From positions 2,709 to 66,708 of the IMG/VR virus record IMGVR_UViG_2706795090_000001: a stretch of 64,000 nucleotides of DNA; one strand, 5' to 3'. Shown here one piece after another: positions 18,192 through 28,230 of the stretch; position 1 is the first letter of the stretch; each line of letters opens with the position of its first letter. The notes below the pieces were generated by a model. That model saw nothing but the letters and a program-made list of their open reading frames with translations, was not told the origin of the DNA and made no database searches. The translations under genes and the position numbers were made by a program. Source of the DNA: a virus (lineage: Duplodnaviria > Caudoviricetes).

Positions 18192-19418
18192 ATGGAATTC
18201 GATACTGAGCTTCTAAAGGCGGTAGAATTAAAAATCTCTAAGAATATTATGCAACTAATGCGTACTAGTCATAATGCTTTCATTGTAAATATTCTTTTAA
18301 ATATGCATCGTGAACCAACAAGTAAAGTAGAAGCAATGGAATTAGCCGGTATTACTTTACGCTTCAATCCTAAATTCATTGTTGAAAGTTCTGATACAGA
18401 TATTCGATTCTCTTTACTACACGAAGCTTGGCATATTCCATTCTTTGATGTGATTCGTGGTAAAGGGAAAGAAGCTGATATCTGGAACCAAGCTTGTGAC
18501 CATTACAACAACTTGATGATTCAAGATGATAAATCAAATGGTGTAACAGTACCTGATTGGGCTACTTGTGATAAGCAATTTAAAGGTAAAGAGAAAGATG
18601 ATATTTACCAATACTTATTACAACAGCAACAGAATGGTGGCGGTGGTAACCAGAACCAAGAAGATAAACTATCTGGCGACTTAGGTAGTGGTAAACCTCA
18701 GCAAGGTGATGAAGATGGAGATGGGGATAGTAATTCTCAAAACCAAGGTAATCAACCTCAGATGTCTGAATCAGACTACCAACAGCTAAAAAAGCAAATG
18801 GAAAGTATGGTTCAACAATCTGCTATGCAAGCTAAGATGGCAGGCGGTCAAGTACCAGCACATATCCAGAATTGGTTAGAGAATTTATACAATCCTAAAT
18901 TACCTTGGCATCGTATCCTTCAGAAGTATATGAATGATTACTCTACTGAGGATTATTCTTATCAAAAAGTTAATCGTAAGTTCTTCCCACATGGAATTAT
19001 CTTACCAACCACTTTCAGTGAAGGTTTAGGTAAGATTGCTATCGCCAATGATGAATCATGTTCTGTAAGTGATGAAGAGTTTAAAACTTATCTAGGTGCT
19101 ATCAAAGATATCAAAGATAAGCTTAATCCTGAATCTATGGAAATCTTAGCTTTCACCACTCAGATTACGAAAACATTCTTAATTGATCGTGATGATGATA
19201 TTGATAAGATTAAGTTCCGTGGTCATGGTGGTACTCATATTCCTTGTGTATTTGAATACTATAAGAAGCAACCAGTTAAACCACAGGTACTGATTATTTT
19301 CTCTGATATGGAATCTGCATTACCTACTAAGAAACCAAGCTTTGATACTATTTGGATTGCTGTTAACAACAAACGATTCAAACCTCCATTTGGTCGAGTT
19401 ATCCATATTGAAGTTTAA
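18192..19418 (+). CDS. metallopeptidase-like/vWA domain protein (N4 gp25-like)
   Basis: HEAWH; MIDAS-like DESCS; GHGGT; IFSD. Confidence 0.85.
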   Translation: MEFDTELLKAVELKISKNIMQLMRTSHNAFIVNILLNMHREPTSKVEAMELAGITLRFNPKFIVESSDTDIRFSLLHEAWHIPFFDVIRGKGKEADIWNQACDHYNNLMIQDDKSNGVTVPDWATCDKQFKGKEKDDIYQYLLQQQQNGGGGNQNQEDKLSGDLGSGKPQQGDEDGDGDSNSQNQGNQPQMSESDYQQLKKQMESMVQQSAMQAKMAGGQVPAHIQNWLENLYNPKLPWHRILQKYMNDYSTEDYSYQKVNRKFFPHGIILPTTFSEGLGKIAIANDESCSVSDEEFKTYLGAIKDIKDKLNPESMEILAFTTQITKTFLIDRDDDIDKIKFRGHGGTHIPCVFEYYKKQPVKPQVLIIFSDMESALPTKKPSFDTIWIAVNNKRFKPPFGRVIHIEV

Positions 19419-19423
19419 TTTAG

Positions 19424-19453
19424 ATAGGGTGAACTTAGGTTTACCCTATTTTT
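19424..19453 (+). terminator. intrinsic terminator
   Basis: ATAGGGTGAAC/GTTTACCCTAT stem followed by T-run. Confidence 0.7.
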
Positions 19454-19469
19454 ATTTGAGGGATAGTCT

Positions 19470-19993
19470 ATGCAACTTATTAAGACATGCACCGAAAATA
19501 CTAATGCTAAATCTGATTTGTATTTTTTCAAACTTACTGAAGAAACACAGTATCTATTACATCTACGTTGGAAAAAGATTTCTAAAATAGATTACATGGT
19601 TGCATTAAACCAACACAAAGGGTTAAAAAAGTTAGATGAAATTACTTCCTACCTATTATCATAGTTTGGATATTACTAAAGACGTTATCTATTTTAACCA
19701 CGAAGTACATGCGATAACTATTGAGTTATATTTGGACAATTATTGGACGCTTATAAGACCTACAAATAAAACTCAATTTAATTGTTTATCTAACTATACA
19801 AGGATTAAACCAAATGAAATTACTTAATACCTATTGGTTAACTTCAAATAACTTACGTGTTTCTTTTGATTATTTAATAGATGGTTTTGATTTTGTTTTA
19901 AATGAAAAACGATCTCAAACTTATACCAATACAGTAGAAAAAAGACTACAAATTAAAGATTTCCCTGAAGCTAGAAGGATTACAAGAAATTGA
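19470..19993 (+). CDS. three overlapping MKL-family microproteins (starts 19470, 19636, 19814)
   Basis: MQLIKTC, MKLLPTY, MKLLNTY; the last overlaps the helicase start. Confidence 0.65.
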
Positions 19994-21150
19994 AATTAAA
20001 CCAAGACCAAGAACAAGTACTTAAAAGTTTAGTTACCTTTATGGCTATGCCTTCAACTAAAGATATTATTGTTGATGCACCTGCTGGCTGCGGTAAAGGT
20101 TACTTAATTAATTATATTGAAAAGAACAGAAGTAATATTATTGATAGAGTTAAAATGGTTTATGAACAATTTAACCAGCAATTTTATTACACAGCTACAA
20201 CCAACGAAGCAGTATCTAATTTACCTAGTACAGCTTCTACTATTTATTCCTTTACCGGTTTAAGACCTAATTACGATGGTTCATTCTTTAGTAAAGGTAA
20301 TTATAATCGAACAGCTTCAGTAGTTATTATTGATGAAGCTAGTTACATAGATGAACAAGCTTATAAAGCTATTCGTAAACAATTACCTAATGCAAAGATT
20401 ATTTGGGTAATGGATCAATACCAGTTAGCTCCAGTTAAATCTGATGAACCATATATACCTACACTTGGTTTTAAAGTTTTACCAATGAATACTGTTGAAC
20501 GTAACAAAGGACATATTCAATCAGTGAGTATGTTATTACGTGATGCAGTAGCTAATAAAACCAATATTGATTTAACTAGATATACTGATGGTTTATCTGT
20601 TGAATTACTTAGCCCAACTGAATTTGATAATAAGATTATTCATGAATACTCTACTAGGCCTAATGAAGAGTTGAAGTATCTTGGCTTTACTAATGAAACT
20701 GTAAAGCTATATAACAATGCAATTCATAAGAATGTATTCAAGAATCCATCATTCCCTCATGTTGGTGCTAGAGCACTAATCAATAAATACAATGACAATA
20801 TTCGTCATCGTGTAGGTACACCTCTTAATATTCTTTCAGTGAACTATGTAAATGTAACTTTGGACTATGGCATAGAAATTACTGAAGTACATTTAGATAC
20901 TTCATTGGGTAGTCTCATTCTATGTGATTCCAAAGTACCTGCTAAGGTTTATAACCCTAACAAGTTCCTGTACTCAGAGATTACTTTACCCTATGCATGT
21001 ACTGTTCATAAGTCTCAAGGGCAATCTATAGATACTATATTTATAGATTTACCAGACATTGAAAGATGTTGGGATAAAGAAATGGTACGTAGGCTTAGAT
21101 ATGTAGCTTGGTCTAGAGCTATTAATAAGATTTATTTAAAAGGTTATTAA
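19990..21150 (+). CDS. SF1 DNA helicase (Dda/RecD-like)
   Basis: APAGCGK, IIDEAS, QLAPV, TVHKSQG, YVAWSRA. Confidence 0.92.
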   Translation: MKLNQDQEQVLKSLVTFMAMPSTKDIIVDAPAGCGKGYLINYIEKNRSNIIDRVKMVYEQFNQQFYYTATTNEAVSNLPSTASTIYSFTGLRPNYDGSFFSKGNYNRTASVVIIDEASYIDEQAYKAIRKQLPNAKIIWVMDQYQLAPVKSDEPYIPTLGFKVLPMNTVERNKGHIQSVSMLLRDAVANKTNIDLTRYTDGLSVELLSPTEFDNKIIHEYSTRPNEELKYLGFTNETVKLYNNAIHKNVFKNPSFPHVGARALINKYNDNIRHRVGTPLNILSVNYVNVTLDYGIEITEVHLDTSLGSLILCDSKVPAKVYNPNKFLYSEITLPYACTVHKSQGQSIDTIFIDLPDIERCWDKEMVRRLRYVAWSRAINKIYLKGY

Positions 21151-21151
21151 A

Positions 21152-21601
21152 ATGAAACCAAGATTAGATAAAGCAAAGATTAAGGAACATCATTTAAATT
21201 ATCTATTTAGTAAACGTTTAAAAGCAGCAAAAGAAGAATACACAGATGCTGTTAGAGATAGTATTTATGCTACACAGATAGTTTCATATAGAAACAATAC
21301 TTTTAATCCTTTGGATTTAAAACCAAAAGATATTACTAGTATCTATGAACTTAAACCTGATACAGAACATGCTCGTAGATTAGATAGATACATCCGAGTA
21401 ATGGATGATTTAACTGAGAGTACTGGACACCTTACTTATATTCTCAACTTCGTTGAGTCAGTAGCGGAGTTTAATTTAATTGTTAATGGTTCTGGAACTG
21501 TATATGCAGAAAGAGAAGAAGAAGTACTTAACTTTATCAAACAGAACCAAGATAAATTAAGACAACTTAAACGAATGAAACTATTATCTGAAATGGTTTA
21601 G
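21152..21601 (+). CDS. conserved hypothetical protein (N4 gp38 position)
   Basis: 149-aa ORF between helicase and polymerase. Confidence 0.7.
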   Translation: MKPRLDKAKIKEHHLNYLFSKRLKAAKEEYTDAVRDSIYATQIVSYRNNTFNPLDLKPKDITSIYELKPDTEHARRLDRYIRVMDDLTESTGHLTYILNFVESVAEFNLIVNGSGTVYAEREEEVLNFIKQNQDKLRQLKRMKLLSEMV

Positions 21602-21610
21602 GAGGTTGTT

Positions 21611-23281
21611 ATTTATCATATCATTCATGAACAATCTGATAGTTATCTAGTAGCTATTCTTACTAAAGAAGATGCTCTAAATAAAACAGCTATAGAACAA
21701 TACTATATTAACCCAATGGTTAAATTAGGTATGAGTTCTCATCAATTTATTAGCTTTAGTCTTACCTATGATAATCCAAAGAAAGTTACTGCTAAAGGTG
21801 GTAGAGAATATTTGGATGAATTACTTCCAATACTAAAAGAACTTAATGTTAGGTATCTGTATTGTACTGACGGTAATTATTTCAAATTACTAACCAAGTG
21901 TAAGAAAGCAGAACCTAATTATGGTTATGTCTTAGATTGTGCTATTGAAGGTTACACCGATATGAAAGTTGTATTGAGTGCTAACCATAGAGGTTTATTT
22001 ATTAATGATAAACTTCAAGACAAGATAGACTTAGCTAATTATAAATTGGTTGAACATAGGCTTGGTAACTATCAAGAGATTGGAACCAATATAATTAAAC
22101 ATGCTGAATATATTCCTGCTGACCCAGTAAGAATTAAAGAAGCATTAGATAGGTTACATCAATATGATTCTATTACCTGTGACACAGAAGCATTCTCCCT
22201 CAAGCATACTAGAGCTGGACTTGGAACGATTGGATTCGCTTGGTCAGAAAATGAAGGTATATGTATCGACATACAACATTTTTCTAGAACACGCGGGTTG
22301 GGTATTCTTAAAAATCAAACAACCATCTTTACTATGCTCAAACAGTTTTTCGAAACTTATAAAGGAAACATCAAATATCACAACGCATCGTATGACATAA
22401 AGATTCTTATCTATTTATTATGGATGAATAATCTTTTAGATACTGCTGGTTTAATTAAAGGATTAAATGTTTTAACCAGAAACTTTGATGACACCAAGAT
22501 TATTGCTTACTTAGCTACTAATAGTTGTGCAGAGAATAAGTTAAGTTTAAAAGACTTAGCCCATGAATTTGCAGGTAACTATGCTCAATCAGATATCAAT
22601 GACATAACCAAGATACCTAACGATAAACTCATGGAATATAACTTAGTGGATTGTTTATCTACTTGGTTCGTATTTAATAAGTATTACCCAATTATGATTC
22701 AGGATAATCAGTTACATGTTTATAAGTTCTTTAAGAAGATATTGAAAAATATTATTCAAATGGAACTTACGGGGATGCCTATAAACATGCAACGAGTATT
22801 GGAAGTTAAAGCTGAGATATCTGGGATTGTTGATAAGTATCGTAAAGTACTTAATGAATCGCCATTGATGAAGAAGTTTACTTTAGCAACTAGACAGAGA
22901 CTCTATGAAGAGAAGCAAGCTAGTCTAAAGCAAAAGATAATCACCATTGACGATATTAAGTATGAATTCAACACTAACAGTAATAAACAGTTAATTGAAT
23001 TACTTCATGAGTTCTTTGGTTTTGAAGTATTTTCTACAACTGACACTGGACAACCTGCGGTTGGTGGTGATGAGTTAAAAGGTCACATTGGTAGAACTGA
23101 GAACCAAGAAATAAAAGATATTCTGAAAGCTATTATTAAAATCCAAGAAGGTGAAAAGATTCTTGGAACATTTATTAGTAAGTTTGAAGAAGCTGATCTT
23201 GGGCCTGATGGTTGGCATTATCTATTTGGCTCTCTAAACCTTGGTGGAACTGTATCGGGTAGATTAAGCAGTTCAAGTCCT
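21611..23281 (+). CDS. family A DNA polymerase, exon 1
   Basis: exonuclease motifs DTE, HNASYD, YNLVD; ends GTVSGRLSSSSP; start probably ATT 21611 after GGAGG (first ATG is 21716). Confidence 0.88.
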
Positions 23282-24118
23282 TAAATGTAGGGCTTCATAG
23301 TGGAAACACTATGTCGAAAATTACCTAAAAAGGGGAACTCCTTGGTAAGTTTTAAATTAGATGTTATAGTACCTATTCCTAACTTACCGAGGACAATCCT
23401 ATGCTAAATTTTAATAATGAAATATGGAAACCAGTAACGGATTTTGAAAACCTTTACGAAGTTTCTAACTTAGGTCGAGTAAAGAATGCTAGAGGATTAA
23501 TTTTAAAAGCGCATCCTCAAAATAGCGGTTACTTACAAATAACTTTTACTGTGAATCAAGTACGTACAAAATTTCTTGTTCATCGTCTTGTTGCTTTACA
23601 TTTTATAGAAAATATAGACAACAAAAAATATGTTAATCATATCGACGGTAATAAATTGAATAACTGTGCACACAATTTAGAGTGGGTTACTAATTCAGAA
23701 AACATTTTACATGCTAGAAACACGGGGCTTAATCCTTACAATACTCCTACGTTGGGTATTAAAAAAGGTAAAGGCTCTATTTATCGTGGAGTGTCTTATG
23801 ACAAATCCCGCAATAAATGGATAGCTTGTGTTAGATATAATAAACACAATTATCATCAAAAAAGGTTTAATACAGAAATAGAAGCAGCTTTGCACTATAA
23901 CTGGATTATTGATGAAATGGGTTTTACTGATCGACCTAAAAACATTATTAAATAAATGCCCAACGACCATCCCGCAAGGGAGTACACTTAAGTAAGTGGA
24001 AATGGTAATCCCCCTAACACATAATGGTGAGGGGGTTGATATGGTCTGCTCTCATAGGTAACTATGAGCTGGATTAATTATCCGGCAACAGCTTAACGAA
24101 CTGTTGTGAACATAAAGG
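23282..24118 (+). mobile_element. group I intron 1 of DNA polymerase
   Basis: CCU|UA pairs with UAGGG; P7 GACCA 23965 / TGGTC 24042; terminal G; splicing restores SSSSP-NLQNLP. Confidence 0.9.
23401..23955 (+). CDS. intron-encoded NUMOD4-HNH-AP2 homing endonuclease
   Basis: EIWKPV..YEVSNLGRV; VNHIDGNKLNN..NLEW; AP2-like tail. Confidence 0.9.
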   Translation: MLNFNNEIWKPVTDFENLYEVSNLGRVKNARGLILKAHPQNSGYLQITFTVNQVRTKFLVHRLVALHFIENIDNKKYVNHIDGNKLNNCAHNLEWVTNSENILHARNTGLNPYNTPTLGIKKGKGSIYRGVSYDKSRNKWIACVRYNKHNYHQKRFNTEIEAALHYNWIIDEMGFTDRPKNIIK

Positions 24119-24221
24119 AATCTCCAAAATTTGCCTAGTGGGAGTACCTACGGAAAATTAGTTAAGTCTTGTTTCCAAGCACCAAAAGGTTGGCTCTTCT
24201 GTGGATTAGATTTCAACTCGT
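24119..24221 (+). CDS. DNA polymerase, exon 2 (103 nt)
   Basis: NLQNLPSGSTYGKLVKSCFQAPKGWLFCGLDFNS; not in the ORF track. Confidence 0.9.
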
Positions 24222-25062
24222 TAATACACTAGCGACTTCACATAGTGATATGTGTCGAAAAACTTTTTGAATTCGGTGAAAATCTTACTACGTAATGGTA
24301 AAGACAATACCGAGCGAAGCTTGTAAACTTATCTTACTTAAGTTAAAGTCTAATTTTAACCGAAGAGGGTAAGTAAATGGAAAAAATTATTGAAGGGTTT
24401 CCCAACTACAAAATTACAGATGAAGGTAAAGTACTAACTTGTTACATCAATAAGCATCATACCGATGTTACACAGTGGCGAGAACTTACCCCAGTCTTAG
24501 ATAAAAGTTGTGGATATTATTTAGTTACTCTTTGTCATGAAGGAGTTAGAAAAAATAAACGCATACATCGTCTTTTGATGGAAGCCTTTGTACCTAATCC
24601 AGAAAACAAAGAACATGTTAACCATATAGATGGTAATAAACTAAATAACTCTTTAAGTAATCTCGAATGGGCAACTTGTAAAGAAAATTCTGAACACGCT
24701 GTTAAGTTAGGTTTATGTGATAAACGTAATGAAAAGCTTAATAGAGCTGTTGAACAATACTCTGCTGATGGTTCTGAATTTATTCAGGAACATGTATCAC
24801 TACATGAGGCAAGTAGGTCAACTGGCATTGCATGGCAAAATATTTCTAAAGTAGTTAGGGGTTTAAGACCCCGTGCCGGAGGATTCCATTGGAAATACAA
24901 GAACGTGTAGAGACTATCCTGTAAAGGAGTAGGGTATAAGCTATTGATACCCGAAGCGGAAAGCATCTCATTGAGATGGTGATATAGTCCCATCTATGTA
25001 GAAATACATAGCAGCATATAATGGTGCGGTAGGTAGAGTAGCGTCTACCTATGAAGATAATG
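24222..25062 (+). mobile_element. group I intron 2 of DNA polymerase
   Basis: UCGU|UA pairs with UAGCGA; P7 GACTA 24912 / TAGTC 24985; terminal G 25062; splicing restores motif A DFNSL-ED. Confidence 0.9.
24377..24910 (+). CDS. intron-encoded HNH-NUMOD1 homing endonuclease
   Basis: IHRLL..VNHIDGNKLNN..NLEW; C-terminal SLHEASR..AGGFHWKY. Confidence 0.9.
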   Translation: MEKIIEGFPNYKITDEGKVLTCYINKHHTDVTQWRELTPVLDKSCGYYLVTLCHEGVRKNKRIHRLLMEAFVPNPENKEHVNHIDGNKLNNSLSNLEWATCKENSEHAVKLGLCDKRNEKLNRAVEQYSADGSEFIQEHVSLHEASRSTGIAWQNISKVVRGLRPRAGGFHWKYKNV

Positions 25063-26027
25063 TAGAGGATAATGTAAACATTCTTCTAACCCGTGACCCA
25101 AATAAACTTAAGATTAGGTTACAAGGATTTGATGGACATAGTTATCGTTGTTATAACTTCTGGCCTGAGATGTTTCCTAACATTAATCCTGAATCCCCAG
25201 ATAGTATTAACTCAATCAAAGATACAAATGATGCGCAGCGTAGTAAAGCAAAAGCACCTCACTTTGCGTTACAATATCTTGGTACATGGGCAACTCTCGT
25301 TGCCAACTGTGGATTCTCTAAAGATGAAGCTAAACGTATTGAAGAACGTTATAAACGAATGTTTAAAGTATCTTATGATTGGGTTGAAGCTAAATTAGAC
25401 CAAGCCAGTATAGATGGTTATGTAACCTTAGCATTTGGTTTACGCTTGCGTACTCCAATCTTAGCTAAGACTATTCTAGGTAATGGGTTTACCCCTAAAC
25501 AAGCAGCAGCAGAATCCAGAACAGCAGGTAATGCTGTTAGTGGTCAAAGCTATGGTTTGTTAAATAGTCGTGCTGGTGTAGAGTTTCAAGAAAGATTATT
25601 GAACTCTGAGTATGCTTTAGATATTAGACCTTCTATTCATATTCACGATGCTCAATATTTTATGATTCGTGATGATGTCAAAATAGTAGAGTGGGTTAAT
25701 AATAACCTAGTCGAATGTGTAGAGTGGCAAGACTTACCTGAGTTACATCACCCTGAGATTAAATTAACAGGTGAATTAGGTATCTTCTACCCTGCTTGGC
25801 ATAATGAAATCACTTTGAAACATAACTCATCCCAAATTGATTTACTTAATACTTGTGCAAAAGGTAAAGCTAAGTATTACGTGAAGAAATACCTAAGCTC
25901 ATTGAACCAAACAGAGTTAAGTGAATTAACTAGCAAATATACAATTGAAGTATTTAGCGAACCTAAAGACTCTATTGAATATTTAATGGGTAATCATTTA
26001 TTTGATGTTTATAAATTAATTAAATAA
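25063..26027 (+). CDS. DNA polymerase, exon 3
   Basis: RSKAKAPHFALQY (motif B) and IHDAQY (motif C); spliced product ~912 aa. Confidence 0.9.
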
Positions 26028-26075
26028 AAAGAAGGGTATATCAATCCGGATATACCCTGTAACACCATTTATTAA

Positions 26076-26711
26076 ATGGTTAATCGTCATGGAGAAATAT
26101 ACGTGAAATCTATCACTTTGAATAGCGAAATTCGTCAAGCAATCCTATATAACATTGCAACTGCTTACGACAAAGCTAACCCAAAACCAGAATTAACAAT
26201 TGATACCAAAAGTATTCTTGAGAAAGCTGTACGTACTCATTACCTAAAGCAATCACTTACTCTACGTAAACTTGTAGAAGAAAACCCAGAACTACAAGGT
26301 GCAATGAGTACTCGTAACTATATTCGTTATATAACCCCTAATAGTGATTGGGCAGAAATTCGAACTGAAGAAAATGAAGTATTCTATTCTAAGTATGCAG
26401 ATACAACTCGTGATTTCCGCAATACAGAATACTTGGCTAAGAATCCAAGCTTGAAGAAAGCAGCAGAAGAATTTACTTCACTTCAGAAAGCAGCACGTCT
26501 AGAACGCCAAGCTGTGAATACTTGGGAAAATGAACGTGCTAAGTATCTTGATGAAATCATGCAAGTACTTAAAGGTGTTCGTACTACTAAACAACTTATT
26601 GAACAGTGGGAAGAAGTTAAAGAGTACATTCCTCAAGCTTACTTTAACCCAAGTAAGATTGCTCTACCTGCTATCAATACAGCAGCACTTAACTCTAAGT
26701 TAGGTAAGTAA
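26076..26711 (+). CDS. Nmad5-like protein (nucleotide modification associated domain)
   Basis: LNSEIRQAI N-terminus and VRTTKQLIEQWEE C-terminus; real start probably GTG 26103. Confidence 0.55.
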   Translation: MVNRHGEIYVKSITLNSEIRQAILYNIATAYDKANPKPELTIDTKSILEKAVRTHYLKQSLTLRKLVEENPELQGAMSTRNYIRYITPNSDWAEIRTEENEVFYSKYADTTRDFRNTEYLAKNPSLKKAAEEFTSLQKAARLERQAVNTWENERAKYLDEIMQVLKGVRTTKQLIEQWEEVKEYIPQAYFNPSKIALPAINTAALNSKLGK

Positions 26712-26760
26712 TAAAACTATTAGGGGAGTTAATACTCCCCTTAAATTATCTAAGGAACTT

Positions 26761-27210
26761 ATGTCTACTTTAAATGAAATGTTCGATGAGTTTAATTCTA
26801 CTTATGATTACAAACCAGTAGAGCTAACTCCAGAGTCACTCACTAAAACTCTAAAACTAATCCAAGATGAAGTTAATGAGATTGGTGAAGAAATTAAAGA
26901 ACCCTTAGTTAAACCAAATGTAGCTAAAGAATTAGCTGATAACTTATATATCACTATGCAGCAAATGCGAGCATATGGTATGGATATTGATGGGTTACTT
27001 AAAGAACTACATCGTTCTAATCTATCTAAAACAGTCCCTGCTTCTCTTGCTGACTTCTATGTACAAGAAGCTAAACCTCGTTATCCAAAAGCATATGCAA
27101 TGATTAAAGGTGACAGAGCTATTCTACGCTGTGCTGAAACCAATAAAGTAATTAAACCAAGTATCTACTCACCAGCAGTTATTGGTAAACACTTGTATGG
27201 GGAAGCATAA
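26761..27210 (+). CDS. MazG/PRA-PH-like NTP pyrophosphohydrolase
   Basis: LIQDEVNE, KELADNLY, HRSNLSK, KVIKP. Confidence 0.8.
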   Translation: MSTLNEMFDEFNSTYDYKPVELTPESLTKTLKLIQDEVNEIGEEIKEPLVKPNVAKELADNLYITMQQMRAYGMDIDGLLKELHRSNLSKTVPASLADFYVQEAKPRYPKAYAMIKGDRAILRCAETNKVIKPSIYSPAVIGKHLYGEA

Positions 27211-28223
27211 TGCCAGCATCAGTAACCAATAATAGTAATATCCCATTATCTGTTGCAGTGTTCCTTGCTTCAGCTACTTATGATTTTAAACCAAATCCAA
27301 ATTCATTAAGTGCTACTGACTTTAACCGTTCTATTCGTCAGATTGTTTTACGTAATCGTATCAATGGCGGTGAACTTAACAGTGAACCAACAGATATTAT
27401 TAATCTGGTTAAATCTAAGAATGGTACTGCAATCCATGATTCTATTGAGAAGACTTGGCTAGATGACAAGGTACGCAAAGCTGCATTAGAAGCTCTTGGT
27501 TATCCAGAAGCAGTAATTAATCGTATTGTGGTTAACCCTACAGATGATCACCTAAAAGGCAATCCAGACTGTATTCCAGTTTATATGGAACTACGTAACT
27601 CAATTGAGTTAGATGGTTATACAATTTCAGGTAAGTTTGATTTTGTAGCTGAAGGGGGATTAACTGACTTTAAATCTACTGGTACTTGGAAGTACAAAGA
27701 TTTAGAGAAAGCAGATAAAGATTATCGAACTCAAGGTTCAATCTATAAAGTAATCCATAAAGATAAGATTACCCAAGACCACATGACTATTGTTTTCTGG
27801 TTCACAGATTGGTCTAAGAATCGTTCTTTATCTGACCCAAATTATCCTAAAGCTCCAATTGTACCCCATAAAGTTAAGTTGCTTAATGGAGCTGAAACTA
27901 TTAACTTTATGCGAGCATTTATTGCTGAAATTGAAAAACATAAAGATACTCCTGAACATCTATTACCTGATTGTACAGCAGAACAATTATGGCAAGACGA
28001 ACCAACCTATAAGTATTACAAGAACCCTGAGAAGCGTACTCGTTCAACAGCTAACTTCGATACCTTTGCTGAAGCTCAGAAAAGATTTATTGAAGATGGT
28101 GCTGTAGGTGTTGTAGTTACTGTCCCCGGTAAAGCTAAAGCTTGTCTGTATTGTAAAGCATTTGATGCTTGCACTCAGAAAGATAGATTAATTGAAGCAG
28201 GGTTATTAGAAATAGAAGACTAG
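27210..28223 (+). CDS. PD-(D/E)XK exonuclease (N4 gp42-like)
   Basis: GTAIH, SGKFDF, DFKST and C-terminal Cys cluster. Confidence 0.85.
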   Translation: MPASVTNNSNIPLSVAVFLASATYDFKPNPNSLSATDFNRSIRQIVLRNRINGGELNSEPTDIINLVKSKNGTAIHDSIEKTWLDDKVRKAALEALGYPEAVINRIVVNPTDDHLKGNPDCIPVYMELRNSIELDGYTISGKFDFVAEGGLTDFKSTGTWKYKDLEKADKDYRTQGSIYKVIHKDKITQDHMTIVFWFTDWSKNRSLSDPNYPKAPIVPHKVKLLNGAETINFMRAFIAEIEKHKDTPEHLLPDCTAEQLWQDEPTYKYYKNPEKRTRSTANFDTFAEAQKRFIEDGAVGVVVTVPGKAKACLYCKAFDACTQKDRLIEAGLLEIED

Positions 28224-28230
28224 AGGAACT

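Noticed and set aside
4012-25000. Minus-strand ORFs over intron cores (4012..4239, 17025..17336, 23707..23970, 24784..24993)
   Set aside because: Antisense to ribozyme, endonuclease or exon sequence; no independent coding signal
3334-25062. Inteins or stop-codon recoding as the cause of the split genes
   Set aside because: The inserts contain stop codons, group I core elements and U|...G| junctions that restore the reading frames exactly
22164-28107. Out-of-frame ORFs 22164..22400, 25093..25398 and 27790..28107
   Set aside because: Nested inside polymerase and exonuclease coding sequence; the polymerase breaks are explained by introns, not frameshifting
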